A DNA stretch of 53,390 bases, filler included, from Trypethelium eluteriae (Eukaryota): assembly GCA_051942245.1 (NCBI GenBank). It is 2 parts of 2 records of this genome, joined end to end, with 100 filler letters (N's around TTAATTAATTAA, not from the genome) between each part and the next. Parts side by side here need not be neighbours in the genome. Positions count along the whole stretch, not along the records: positions 1 to 26,657 come from JAVECL010000346.1; 1 more part is not named here. One strand, 5' to 3'. Below, in pieces: positions 1-10,797 of this stretch. Positions within the stretch are counted from its first letter, which is position 1; each line of letters starts with the position of its first letter. The position numbers were made by a program, and so were the translations under genes. The notes below the pieces were generated by a model that worked only from the letters and a program-made list of their open reading frames with translations, ran no database searches and was not told the DNA's origin.

Positions 1-3000
1 CCTCCTCCACCATCCTCAATATCTCCTCCTCACTCGGCATCTCCTCTCCCTCTCCCACCCTAATAATCGGCGGCTTCTCCCCTCCTGCGTCCGCTCTCCC
101 CGTCGCCTCTGCATTCCCTCCCTCGCCATCCCCGCTTTCCGTAGCTTTCGCCGTGGACGTCGTCTTACTGCTCTTCGGTTTCTTGCTTGATGACTTCTTG
201 GCCGACGACTTCGCCTTCGGCTTCGGCGGCGTCCGGATCTTGCGCTGCAGCAGCTCCATCGTTGCTTGGTTAAGCTCGCGGCTCTTGGCTTCGATGTCTT
301 TGAGGCGCAGGGCTGGGTCCTCGTGTGGTCGCAGCTTGTCTTGCTTAGCAAGGGTCTCTTTTAGCCAGTTGGCGATAGAGGTGTGGGTAGAGATGAGGGA
401 GGTCAGGTCTTCTTCGGTGTAGGGTGAAATGTCAGTATATTTGGTAGGCTGAGGTGTCTCTTCAGTAGTGGATGAGGAGCTGGAGGTGTCAGGTTCTTCG
501 AGGTCAACGAGCTCGTCTACGGTGGTGCTGGTGGCAGAGGATGAAGAAGAGGATGCTGAGGCAGCGGCGCTGGAGGATGATGCTGAGGCCGAGGCAGCGG
601 ATTCAGAGGCCGAGGATACAGCGGAGGAGGCTTCATCGATTTGTTTTCTGATAGCTCCGATGAAGGTGTTAGTTTGCTCGAGAGCATCCTGGAGGGATTT
701 GATCTGGTCTGGTCGCTTCGACGCTTCGTCTTTGCGTGATTGGATTGGTTTGACGAGATTTTCGAGGTCTTTGAGTTTCTGTCGGAGGACTTCGAGTGTA
801 GCGCTCGAGCCTTCGTCATGCAGCCATTCACTTGTAGAGCTAAGGAGCTTCTCAATGGTTGAGCGTTGCGCTTCTGTCGATGCTCTTATGAAGCTTTCGT
901 CGGTCAAGACGTCGCGTGTCCGGTAAGTATAGCCTTCAAGGCTGTTTAAGGCTTCCTCACGGAGACGACGTGTTCGGTCAGACGATGCAAACGCAGAGAG
1001 CCTCTCGTTTACACGATCGAGTTCTGCCTTCGTAGGGGTAGGGAGACCTTCTGGTTCGAGCACAAAAGCTACATTGACAATTTCGGTCCTTTTCTTAGGT
1101 GTCTTAGCTTTCGCGCTTTCCTTGGCTCCACTTTCAGTTGATGAGGCTCCACCAGACGAGGACTCAGTAGAAGTCTCGGACTCATTTGATTCAAGAGGCT
1201 CCGCTGGACCCTCCTCACCCTCATTAAGTGGTTCTTGATCACCTTTCTTTGATCCAAACCCAAAGAAATCCTTCACTCCGTCGACTACATTCGCCTTCTT
1301 TTCATCGTCAACCTCACAGCTTACCGTAGCTTTTGTTACTTCGGGAAGGCCGTCGACAGGGTTTAGTCGAATGCGAAATTTGGTACTGATTTCTTCCCTA
1401 GTGCATCCAAATTTGGTAGTGAGGAAGGAGACGGAATCGGTAAGATTCTTTGACCGTACCACTGATACAGGACGTTCGACAAGAGGACCCTCTTTTGAAG
1501 GAACTGACTGGGTCATTCTGAAGGAGAAGTCATCGAGATTCTTGAAGGAGACTTCCTTGGGTGGACCACCGACTTGAGATGAAGGTACGAACAGATTTTG
1601 TTGACGTTCCTTACTTTCGTCAGTCCAACGCAACTTAATGGGGTAAGTCGCAATCTCGCTGTCACGAATCTCCTTCACCCTGAAGCTAGGGCTTAGTCCT
1701 GCCCCTCTAAAGGCTGCGCCAAAGACCGCAGCCTCATCGGCGTTGACGTTGCTTCGAAGTTTTGCAGCGTCACCCACGAAAGCTTCCAGCTTTTTCTGTA
1801 CAAAAGGTGTCCGGGTGGCTCCACCATGCAAGATGATCGAATCAATGTCCTCTAGCTGTAGCTGTGAAACGACTAAAGCCTGGTGAATCGGCGTTTCCAC
1901 GTTGGTGACGAACTCGGAAGCCATTTCTTCAAACTTTGATCTAGACAGCTTGTACCGGAAGTCCACATCCTCATAAAGACTTTCAAAGCTTGCAGAGGTG
2001 TCTTGGTTGGCGCTCAACACATGCCTGATGCGCTCGGCTTCTTTCCATAGTTTCGACGCCGCTCTCCCGTGTTTCTTGACCGCATCTGCTTGAACATCGG
2101 CGCTTTTGGCCCCCGAGGAAGCGACAAATTGATTGATCATGTCATCCATGATGAGGGCGTTCAATGAGTCTCCACCAAGAGACTTCAACCATCCAGCTCC
2201 CAAAACCTGGACTTCTTGAATTGTTTTGTTGTACCGTCCCACATCCTTGACACTTCGTCCTTGCATTTTAAGAATGGTAGCCGTCGCCGATCCAGCACCC
2301 ATATCATACACAACATGATATTCCGGCTTGCCTCCTTCGCTAATGCTTGAGAAAGTTCTGCTTGTAGCGTAATTGAGCCCCACAGCCAAGCCGTCTGTCA
2401 TCAGACTCAGAGTGTTCATGCCGGCCAGCCTGACAGCGAGCTCCACGGCTCGACGTTCGTCAGCGGTGTAGAAAGCCGGTATTGCGACAACAGCATCCTC
2501 GATCCGTGAGCCCTTCCCAGCCAACGCCTCTGCATTTTCCCTGACGTTTTTCAATTGCATTGCTAGAAGCTCCTCCACTGAATACGGCAATTCCTGCTTA
2601 TCGAAACTCCCACTCTTGAATCCCACAGTTCCCCGCTCTTTTACGGCAACAAGATCCAAAGCCGGATGCCTCTTAGTGTACTCTTCTGTAACGTCTGAAT
2701 TCTGAGCCGTAATGCCGAGAAGGGGTTTGAGGTTTGGATAAACATCGCCGGGGAAACGTCCTGCCAATGCCAGTGCATCGCCGCCGTATAACCTTTCGGG
2801 AAACTGTCCCAATGCCACAGGACCTTTGCCGGACGGTTTGAAGGCGACAGCGGAGACTTCTTTACGTTTGGAGTCTTTTGTCAGTACAATTTCGAGCGGG
2901 ATCCCTGGTTTGACAAGGGCGGCTTTGATGTATTCGGTTCCAAGATCTATGCCCAGGACCGCTGACACTGCAGAGGCAGTGGATGTGAAGAAAAGGAGGG

Positions 3001-3052
3001 TAACCAGCACGGACAAGGCAGATAACGCACGCCGCCGTCCTGGGGGAGCCAT
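1..3052 (-). CDS. LHS1: ER-lumenal Hsp70-family chaperone / nucleotide exchange factor Lhs1 (ORP150/Grp170); 3' end lies outside the window
   Basis: ATG at 3052. Translation gives a signal peptide (MAPPGRRRALSALSVLVTLLFFTSTASA) followed by VLGIDLGTEYIKAALVKPGIPLEIVLTKDSKRKE, then YDMGAGSATATI, LSANQDTSASFESLYEDVDF and ILHGGATRTPFVQ. The start codon and the codons at position 2 are in the same frame (>1000 codons, apparently intronless). It is absent from the ORF track, presumably because there is no stop in the window. Confidence 0.93.
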   Translation of the reverse strand, partial: MAPPGRRRALSALSVLVTLLFFTSTASAVSAVLGIDLGTEYIKAALVKPGIPLEIVLTKDSKRKEVSAVAFKPSGKGPVALGQFPERLYGGDALALAGRFPGDVYPNLKPLLGITAQNSDVTEEYTKRHPALDLVAVKERGTVGFKSGSFDKQELPYSVEELLAMQLKNVRENAEALAGKGSRIEDAVVAIPAFYTADERRAVELAVRLAGMNTLSLMTDGLAVGLNYATSRTFSSISEGGKPEYHVVYDMGAGSATATILKMQGRSVKDVGRYNKTIQEVQVLGAGWLKSLGGDSLNALIMDDMINQFVASSGAKSADVQADAVKKHGRAASKLWKEAERIRHVLSANQDTSASFESLYEDVDFRYKLSRSKFEEMASEFVTNVETPIHQALVVSQLQLEDIDSIILHGGATRTPFVQKKLEAFVGDAAKLRSNVNADEAAVFGAAFRGAGLSPSFRVKEIRDSEIATYPIKLRWTDESKERQQNLFVPSSQVGGPPKEVSFKNLDDFSFRMTQSVPSKEGPLVERPVSVVRSKNLTDSVSFLTTKFGCTREEISTKFRIRLNPVDGLPEVTKATVSCEVDDEKKANVVDGVKDFFGFGSKKGDQEPLNEGEEGPAEPLESNESETSTESSSGGASSTESGAKESAKAKTPKKRTEIVNVAFVLEPEGLPTPTKAELDRVNERLSAFASSDRTRRLREEALNSLEGYTYRTRDVLTDESFIRASTEAQRSTIEKLLSSTSEWLHDEGSSATLEVLRQKLKDLENLVKPIQSRKDEASKRPDQIKSLQDALEQTNTFIGAIRKQIDEASSAVSSASESAASASASSSSAAASASSSSSSATSTTVDELVDLEEPDTSSSSSTTEETPQPTKYTDISPYTEEDLTSLISTHTSIANWLKETLAKQDKLRPHEDPALRLKDIEAKSRELNQATMELLQRKIRTPPKPKAKSSAKKSSSKKPKSSKTTSTAKATESGDGEGGNAEATGRADAGGEKPPIIRVGEGEEMPSEEEILRMVEE

Positions 3053-3835
3053 ATTCGCGACTGTGGAGAGAAGGTCGAATGGGTGGATGGAAGAAGCTCT
3101 GGATAAGCCTCGAAGTAACGGAGCGTGGATCTTTAACTTTTAAAAATGAGTGGCGCGATACAAGGCTAATAATGATGCCGCAGATCGCCTTAGTGATATA
3201 TGAGTCTCACAGTTCCCCAGAATTGGTAGCGTTAGGGGTGGGTGATCAACGCTGAAAGCTTTAGAAGCGAGTGGGCCAAATGTTTTTTTGGATGCCACCT
3301 GGCTTTTTCAGTGCCAGACCTAAAGCTTGCCTCCGCCTCGTTAGGCGGCAAAATTCGTCATTCCATGATTGGATCACATTGAATTATCTTTCGTATGCTT
3401 GAAAATTGACTGGGGAAATTTGGCTGGCAGATCATCCCAGGCCATTCTTAGAACCCAAGCTTCGAGCCAGAAGTACGATGTGAAGTCTTGGGTGGAAACA
3501 TTCCGCGCCAAGTTCCGCTCCGCTCGCTGCATTTCACCAATACTTCCATAACCCGGTTGCTAGATCTTTAGGTGTTATCCGTCATATTGATGATCTATCA
3601 ATACCAGCTCGCTAGGCAGCGAAGTAGGAATTGCATTTGTAATTTAATATTGCTTGCCTTGGGTCCGGTGAATCCGTGACTCTACTCACATCGTTTGGAT
3701 CTAGGTTCGGTTAAGCCTCAGTAGGTCCTGACTTTAGGGACGTTAGTAATCATTTTGTTACTTCGCTCACAATTCAAACATTCATCCGTCCAAAGGTTCC
3801 ACCAAAGGCCTTACAGTCGAAGACCTATCGCCAAT

Positions 3836-5026
3836 ATGGCGCGACTCTCTTGGTCCCAGCTCGTCATAGCAATTCTGTCGCTACTCCAACTGACCTTCGC
3901 TGAGCACACATCAAATTGGGCAGTTCTTGTGAGCACTTCTCGGTTCTGGTTCAACTATCGCCATCTCGCCAATGTACTCTCTCTGTATCGGACTGTAAAG
4001 CGTCTAGGCATTCCAGACTCCCAGATCATCCTCATGCTGCCGGATGACATGGCTTGCAACCCCAGGAACGCTTTCCCGGGCACAGTCTTCAACAACGCAG
4101 ACAGAGCCCTGGACCTCTACGGCGAGAACGTCGAGGTTGACTATCGAGGCTACGAGGTCACTGTTGAGAACTTCATTCGCCTACTCACCGACCGTTTCGG
4201 CGAGGGCTGGCCTCGAAGTAAGCGACTGATGACCGACGAGCGCAGCAACATCCTCGTATACATGACTGGCCATGGCGGAAACGAATTCCTCAAGTTTCAA
4301 GATGCTGAGGAGATTAGCGCCTTCGACCTTGCAGATGCGTTTGAGCAGATGTGGGAGAAGAAGCGGTATCATGAGCTCCTCTTCATGATCGACACTTGTC
4401 AGGCAAACACCATGTACAGCAAACTCTACAGTCCCAACATTATTGCTACTGGCTCCTCCGAAATCGACCAATCCTCCTACTCACATCATGCGGATAACGA
4501 CGTTGGCGTTGCTGTGATCGATCGATACACCTACTACAACCTTGACTACCTCGAGACCCAGGTCACGGATCCTACAAGCAAAAAGACATTGGCAGATCTC
4601 TTTGACAGCTACGACGAGAGCAAGATCCATTCACACCCCGGAGTAAGATGGGATTTGCTGAAAGGCGGGGAGACTGAAGGCAGACAAAGACTAGTCATGG
4701 ATTTCTTTGGAAATGTGCAGAATGTGGAAATTGAGGACAAGGCGGGTAAGAACAACGATACGCAATGGCGGGAGGATTTGGAAGCATTGCGAAGGCTCAT
4801 AGATGCGGCGAGGCAAGCCAACAATGGGAGTGCACGCGCGGAGAATGTTAAGCCTGGTGTCGACTTCGCTGAGGCTGCATCGGAGCAAATAACTGCCAGC
4901 CAGATGCCGGGTGCAGCAAAGGTCCAGAGAGACGACAGCTGGAGCAAGCAGGCTGTGGGTGCGACAGCTCTGCTTGGGTGCTTGGGAATATGGCTTGCTG
5001 GCAGTTGGCTTGAGGCGAAGCGATGA
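3836..5026 (+). CDS. GPI8: GPI-anchor transamidase catalytic subunit Gpi8/PIG-K (peptidase C13, legumain-like)
   Basis: Signal peptide then EHTSNWAVLVSTSRFWFNYRHLANVLSLYRTVKRLGIPDSQIILMLPDDMACN. Catalytic YMTGHGG and IDTCQA motifs and a C-terminal TM helix are present. Single exon, ATG at 3836. Confidence 0.96.
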   Translation: MARLSWSQLVIAILSLLQLTFAEHTSNWAVLVSTSRFWFNYRHLANVLSLYRTVKRLGIPDSQIILMLPDDMACNPRNAFPGTVFNNADRALDLYGENVEVDYRGYEVTVENFIRLLTDRFGEGWPRSKRLMTDERSNILVYMTGHGGNEFLKFQDAEEISAFDLADAFEQMWEKKRYHELLFMIDTCQANTMYSKLYSPNIIATGSSEIDQSSYSHHADNDVGVAVIDRYTYYNLDYLETQVTDPTSKKTLADLFDSYDESKIHSHPGVRWDLLKGGETEGRQRLVMDFFGNVQNVEIEDKAGKNNDTQWREDLEALRRLIDAARQANNGSARAENVKPGVDFAEAASEQITASQMPGAAKVQRDDSWSKQAVGATALLGCLGIWLAGSWLEAKR

Positions 5027-5279
5027 GGGCGAGATCCGTGCAATGTGCATCTGGTGCCTTTCAAATCTCTCGGCCCCTGCAATTTCTCTGCTCAAGCCCT
5101 CCTGCCTTCCCCTTGATCATGGCAGCTGTGACGTACCAACACACCCTGCAGCCCCTTGTGCACAATTTCTTCCCAAGGTGCCCCCCGCCTCCTATCTGTG
5201 TCCTACGCGGAAACAGTTTTCTCTATCATCCTCAAGTCATGGGGCAGGACATCCAGGTGTGGCCGCTAACGAAATCCCC

Positions 5280-5740
5280 GAGAGCAATCAACAGTCAAAC
5301 ACTTCAGCACTGAGCTCCAACAACGTCGATGTCAATGGTATCGACTGGGATGACCTCAACAACGCACTCCTTGGACCCAGGCTTACGATGGAACACCACT
5401 ACGGCGATAGGATATTTTGACCTCGCGGTAGTGATCGATTGGCAGTCACTCTACCATGGAATGCCAAGAACGCTGAAGTCGAGGGCATTGCCTTGGATGA
5501 CTTCAACAACATGCTCGAGGGTTCTGCAGATCTAGCTGAATTCCATCTCAGCGATAAAGACATTACATGGTCTGCCAAGAAATTTCACGAGAGCAATCAA
5601 CTGTCAATCACTCCAGCACCGAGCTCTAGTGACTCCAATGGCAAAGACATTGATTAATCGGGCGTCAGCAATACGTCTAAGGAGCATGAAGAAATGGCCA
5701 AGTCCCATCTTAGCGTGTTGGATCAAGTCTACTCTCTACG
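5280..5740 (+). repeat. Three diverged ~150-bp tandem units encoding a stop-interrupted ~50-aa peptide repeat (gene relic)
   Basis: gagagcaatcaacagtcaaacacttcagcactgagctc at 5280 matches gagagcaatcaactgtcaatcactccagcaccgagctc at 5589. ggatgacctcaacaac (~5348) matches ggatgacttcaacaac (~5495). All are in one frame, with stops at 5418-5420 and 5655-5657. Confidence 0.6.
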
Positions 5741-6141
5741 AGGGTAGCGAATATCCTACGAGGATCATGAATCGAGGCAGCATCAAGGGTTACTAAGGGG
5801 ATTTTGTACCGCATACTATCTGAACTTCACATCATAGGAATAGAAGAGATTAGCCCCAACACGAATGGCATTCTTGTAATTATACAGGTTTTAGGAGATT
5901 GTTTGAGTGACGGTCTGCAGGAAGAAACGCCAACACCAGTTAACTCTCGGAACTCCGTCTTGAGTTCTATCCTGTTCGCGCAGGTGTAAGGAGCCCCCCT
6001 TATTTAACTCCAGAAATCCGAGTGTCAATTTACTCTCTTGCCATCATAAAGTAAGGTTCTATTTCCCTAAGAGGTACTGTTATGAGGTGCTTGTCCAATG
6101 CCAGTATCTTGCCAGTCTCAACAGGTAAATGCGCCTGTATT

Positions 6142-7334
6142 TTAGTGGCCGCTCTGGATGTGCTTGATTCCAACGGCGAAAGCAGCAAGTCCTATCATGC
6201 CAAGGATGACGATGATCGTTTGCATAGTGAAGAGCTGAGCGTAGATTTTGACAATTCTGAAGCGCACCTTCCTGTCAACAGTGCGCCAGGCATCGACGAA
6301 GCTTACGCATCCCGTGCCACCGACGATAGCAGGGACGACCTTGCCGTCAAAGGTGCGGTCGAACGGAACAAGCGCCTCGTCCTCCTCAGGAAGCATGCTC
6401 GCCTCGATACGGGTCAAAGTAACGTTGGCCGGGAGAAGCACCGTGAGCGCAACGAACGCAGCCGTGAGCAGACAAGCTCCAAGCTTCACCGCATACACAA
6501 CCCTATCCGCTTTCGTAAACTCATGCACCAGCTGCTGATGATTGACGCGATGCAAGCCCAACACGACCGCCAACAGCATCGGCATATAGATTGTCAGCTG
6601 CTGCGCCGCGGCGTACACCGCGCTCGGCAGCAGCACATTGCGCTGCATCTTGCGCGACGGCATGCGTCGAAACCACGTCTTCTCGCTCGGCATCGAAATC
6701 AGCACGTGCGTCCAGGTCATGTGGATTCTGGAGAACATCACGGTGGCGAGGATCGAGACGGCGCCTTGAAGGAGGGGCTGGTGGCGTGGGACGAGGCTGA
6801 GGACGGCGCCGACGCAGAGGTGGTACACGAACGAGACGGAGAGACCGCGCCAGCGGGAGAAGGAGCCTGCGTGCTTGACCATGTGTCGCATTGTGCTGCG
6901 GCCGGTCTTGGTGACGGGCTCGTGGCGAATGGTGACGGTTTCGGTGTCCAGGAGGTAATCTTCTTTCTCGAGGGGCGCGTCGGGGTCGGCGGATTTGGCG
7001 GGTTCGCTGATGGTGGTGATGGTTTCGGTCTTGGGGGTCTCCACCATCATTAAGGTAGCAATGACATCGCCGATGGTATAGCGGATCTGGGTTGAGGGTC
7101 TTGTTAGTTTGGTCTTTTGAGGTGGTTGGGAGGGACTTTTTCGTGGAGGGTACATACGGAGGCCAGAGCGACGGCAAAGAAGATGGCATAGAGAGCGATG
7201 CCGGCGACAGCCCAGCCTGGGAGCTGGTGCTGGGCGAAGAACTGGTTCATGTCCTCTTGAGCCTTCTGGTCAGAATAGGCCTCGACAGACCGTCTGACGA
7301 CGTGCCCAAGCACTTGACCGTGAACGCCGGTCAT
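6142..7334 (-). CDS. Conserved fungal multi-pass membrane protein of unknown function (family often auto-annotated 'ubiquitin carrier/conjugating protein'; no UBC motif visible)
   Basis: Exon 1 7334-7158, intron 7157-7087 (GTATGT...CTAAC...CAG), exon 2 7086-6142, joining in frame (373 aa). Motifs YTIGDVIATLMMVE, WTHVLISMPS and PANVTLTRIEASMLPEEDEALVPFDRTFDGK; several hydrophobic helices. Confidence 0.8.
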
Positions 7335-7843
7335 CTTGATGGAATGAAAGGAAAAGATGAATTAAACAGAATCGAAGGAAACTGGTGTATGGGTTGTATT
7401 GTGGAATCTGGAAAACAAGTGGGTAGAAGCAAGTTAAGGAAGAAGACAGAGGGGAAGTATAGTTATGGTAGGTCGTCAGCTGTTGGAGGCACAGTGATGG
7501 TTGCCTGCAAGAGGATTGCCGCCAGGTTCCGCAGAATACGAGGAAAGGCGTCGTCATGGTCCTTGTTGGCGCTAGTCCTCCTACGTATCAGTGGTAGCCT
7601 ATGAATAGCTCATTCGTCCCGCCACTCGCCGCCACATCATTTGAAACTGCCTGCGTTTTCGATCCTACGACTATCAATCACTCACATAATACATAACCAC
7701 CTCAAACGAAGCAAATCTGGAAGCAGAATGGCTGGAGCTCTTGTACAAAGTAGTGTCTACAAAACGAAACGGAGTGGACCGGTTCATGTTCTAAAGAAGC
7801 ACGCATAGTCTGAACCTCAACAAACAGAATGAGTGTTTACATC

Positions 7844-9060
7844 TCAGTCTGAAAAGAACCGATCCCAATCATATGCCTCAATGTACTTGGCAAGGGATGT
7901 CAAGTCGCGCCTATCAATCCCAAGCTAATTAACCGTGCCACATATTAGCAGGTGGTCAAGTCACTGATTGGAAGCCTTATAGCAGATCTCACCTCTTCTG
8001 GTCCGACAACGTCTAGACTGCTCTTGTTACCAGGCGCTGTAAGAGCATCGTACATTTTTTGGAATTCTTCACCAATCATGGGTTCTCGTTCCTCAAATTC
8101 CCCTGGGGGCATTTGTTCAAATTTCATCTTTCGACCCGTCACCCTCTGAAATGTCTCGACAACTTGATTCAACGTCAGGGCCTCCCCATATGCGACGACG
8201 GGTTTTATCTTCTTGTGGGCCGAAGGTGGCGGCTGCGCCAGCATCGCCGCAACGTAGAGCCCAATATCCGTCCGCGCGCTGAGGAAATGGATTGGCCGAT
8301 CCGCACGAGCTGGAGTCCGCATGACATACGTCCCACTTGCATCCTGAGGCTATGTGTAAGTGGTACGGGGCTATTCTTCGCCACTGCAATTAGGAGGCGC
8401 TGAACCCACCTTTTTAGGCGCCATGTACACGTATTGGTCGTTCGAGAAGTTTTCCATGTAGAATGCCGGCCAAATAAGCTGAGTTACGTCCCCAAGACGT
8501 TTTCCATGCGCATCTGGAGGACACGCATTAATGTATTCAGCAACTCTTACCTTGCTGGTGGCCCATGGTACGCCTCAAAGTTGTTTCCCGGGGACATTTG
8601 CCATCTCTATTGGCAGTGAGGAAAAGATGAATCGCTCCAGCGTTGACATCGTCTGACGCGCCGCATTGACAATATGTTTGCCAGTGGTTACTTCTTCATT
8701 GATGCTTTCTGGCCATAGAGTTTTGGTGTTTGCAGCTTCTATACGGGCGAAGAAATGGGGCCCAAAAATCAGTCATAGCAAAGATGTACGTTGCTCCCTT
8801 GTAGCTATCAGCTTCACGATTGCGTATACAAGAAAGCCTTTGCTCACCTCGAACGCTTTGGTAAGTGAGCTTTCATCATTCATATCGGCCACGACCATCT
8901 CCACCCCCTTCTCCTTCAGGTTCTGAGACGCTATGGATGAGGGGTTCCTTGTCAAACCACGGATTTTCAGATCTGGATATCGCTTTTGGAAATGCTCGAT
9001 CACAGAGATCCCTTGGTTCCCCGTGGCGCCCAGTATTACAAGTAGTTCTTGGTAAGGCAT
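7844..9060 (-). pseudogene. NmrA-like (atypical SDR, NAD(P)-binding) gene with a frameshift and an in-frame stop
   Basis: N-terminal VILGATGNQGISV...RGLTRNPSS...GVEMVVADMND, then AMTDFW, LERFIFSSLP, SKVRVAEYI and AFYMENF. Exon 2 (from 8797) shifts frame near 8755, and there is a TGA at 8577-8575 in the conserved frame. The last exon ends ...YDWDRFFSD* at 7844. Confidence 0.8.
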
Positions 9061-9650
9061 TATTGAAAAAAGTATTCAACGCTGTCTCCGGCAAGGAACC
9101 AGAGATTTAATCAGACACAGATGAATCTTGAGGGCAAAAATACAAAACGGTGAAAAGCGTCGTTTATAAAGCTGAAAGTTTGGAGCCGGCTACGTGCGAG
9201 ACAGCTCTCAACTCCCCACGACAAGACGGGCTTGCGGACATCAATTGGAGCAATGTTTCTCTCACACTAACGATGCACTTGCCGATGCCATCATCCTATT
9301 TTTCCAAGTGTAATCAGAAAATTGGGATGAGATTGTTCACGCGGAACTAGCCAGAAATTCAACAGTCTGACGAATGAGACATTTTGAACCATTAATGATT
9401 CTGAATCTGAGTGATTTTTGATCCGCGAAATTGTAGTATAATCTGAGAAAAATCATCTGAGATCCTTGGGCATCCGAGCTACCAATTTGGCCCGTAAGCA
9501 ATGGCTCACTAATTGGTCTTCGGCCGTACACTACAGTGGATATAACAATGGGCCAGCGGACTTCCACCGACGGAATTCCACCACCCTAGATTGTCACCTC
9601 ACGCTATCGCAGCAACTTTGGATTTTCGCAAGGACTGCAAGGGTCACGCG

Positions 9651-10797
9651 ATGGCGCCGCATCAAAAATGCTGTGCAGCCTGCCACCAAGCAAAAAGGAG
9701 ATGTGACCTCAGGATTCCTAAATGTGGTCGATGCAGTACGAAAGATCTCACTTGCCAATACAGGATCACGCAAGACTCTGTCAGATCACAGCCAAGTCTA
9801 TGCGTCCTCGAAGCAAATAGCTATCCGCAAATTAACTCAACCATAAGTAGACCACCTTCCGGTGGCATTTCAAATCCCGCCTTGACTGATTTGGATGTTG
9901 ACTGGAGCGGGAGTGATTTGCTTCTGTCTCCATATTTGCAAAGCTGCCCATTGGATGAATTGAACCTCTCACTGGAACAAACTTCAATGGTCGAAATGGC
10001 GCCTTCCACTATCCAATACTGCATCTCTCAGCTAAGAAGCTACCCTGATCTGTTCGCGCGATACGGAAGAACTCCTTTCATTCATAGCAGATTGTACCAA
10101 GAGAATATGCCATCTCCAATGCAGCATGCATTCACCATATGTGTTCTGAACGCAGGAAAAAGCGATCTACAAAGGGATATGACCTACACAGTGCTTAATG
10201 CCGAAGTCCACGAGCTCCTCCGAGCCGAATCGTCTCTATCGACGTTCGAGGACTACCTTGCACACGTGCAAGCCCTCATCCTCTGCCAAATAGTCCGACT
10301 CTTCGACGAAAACGTCTGTCAGCGTACTTTTGCCGAGCAACATGATGCTGTCCTCGCCAAATGGACAGATACCCTCCAGTCATACCTCACGCAACTTTTT
10401 TTCTCCCTTCTTACCCTGCACTGCTGTCGAAGAAAGTGAATGGAAGACCTGGATCCTAATGGGAAGTGCGCGACGCACTGTCCTCATGTCCCACTTCCTG
10501 CGTGGTCTCTATTATGCGCGCAAGACAGGCGTCTGCAGCACCGTCGCAGTCATGGCGGACTTGCCCGTTTCGACCAGAGCGGTGTTGTGGGAGCTTGAGA
10601 GTCCCACAAGATGGCAGCTGGCGTTGAAAGCGGCTGAACCGGTCCTAATGCCATATAAAGACTACACAACACAGTGGGAGGAGGGTAGCTTGAGCTGTGC
10701 GGACGTGGGTGGGTTTGAGAGGTTACTAATTGTTGCATGCAGCGGAAGAGAGAAATATGAGCAGAGATCCGGCATAAGAATAAGAATGCACGAGTAG
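9651..10797 (+). pseudogene. Zn(II)2Cys6 transcription factor, frameshifted at a T7 run (pseudogene or sequencing error)
   Basis: CAACHQAKRRCDLRIPKCGRCSTKDLTC binuclear cluster and TPFIHSRLY motif. The C-terminal WKTWILMGSARRT segment is in a different frame. Removing one T from 10396-10402 joins the two ORFs, and no credible intron is present there. Confidence 0.78.

Noticed and set aside
468..926. Acidic 152-aa plus-strand ORF and other short ORFs in 16-3143
   Set aside because: Shadows of the LHS1 reading frame (the Ser-rich segment read antisense).
5790..6045. Minus-strand protein-like frame with two stops (GFLELNKGGSLHLREQDRTQDGVPRVNWCWRFFLQ...)
   Set aside because: Too short, with no recognisable family; cannot be distinguished from intergenic sequence.
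6082..7053. 323-aa plus-strand ORF (and the 222-aa alternate minus-strand frame at 6521-7189)
   Set aside because: Antisense or alternate-frame shadow of the GC-rich membrane-protein gene; stop depletion is explained by codon bias and there are no motifs.
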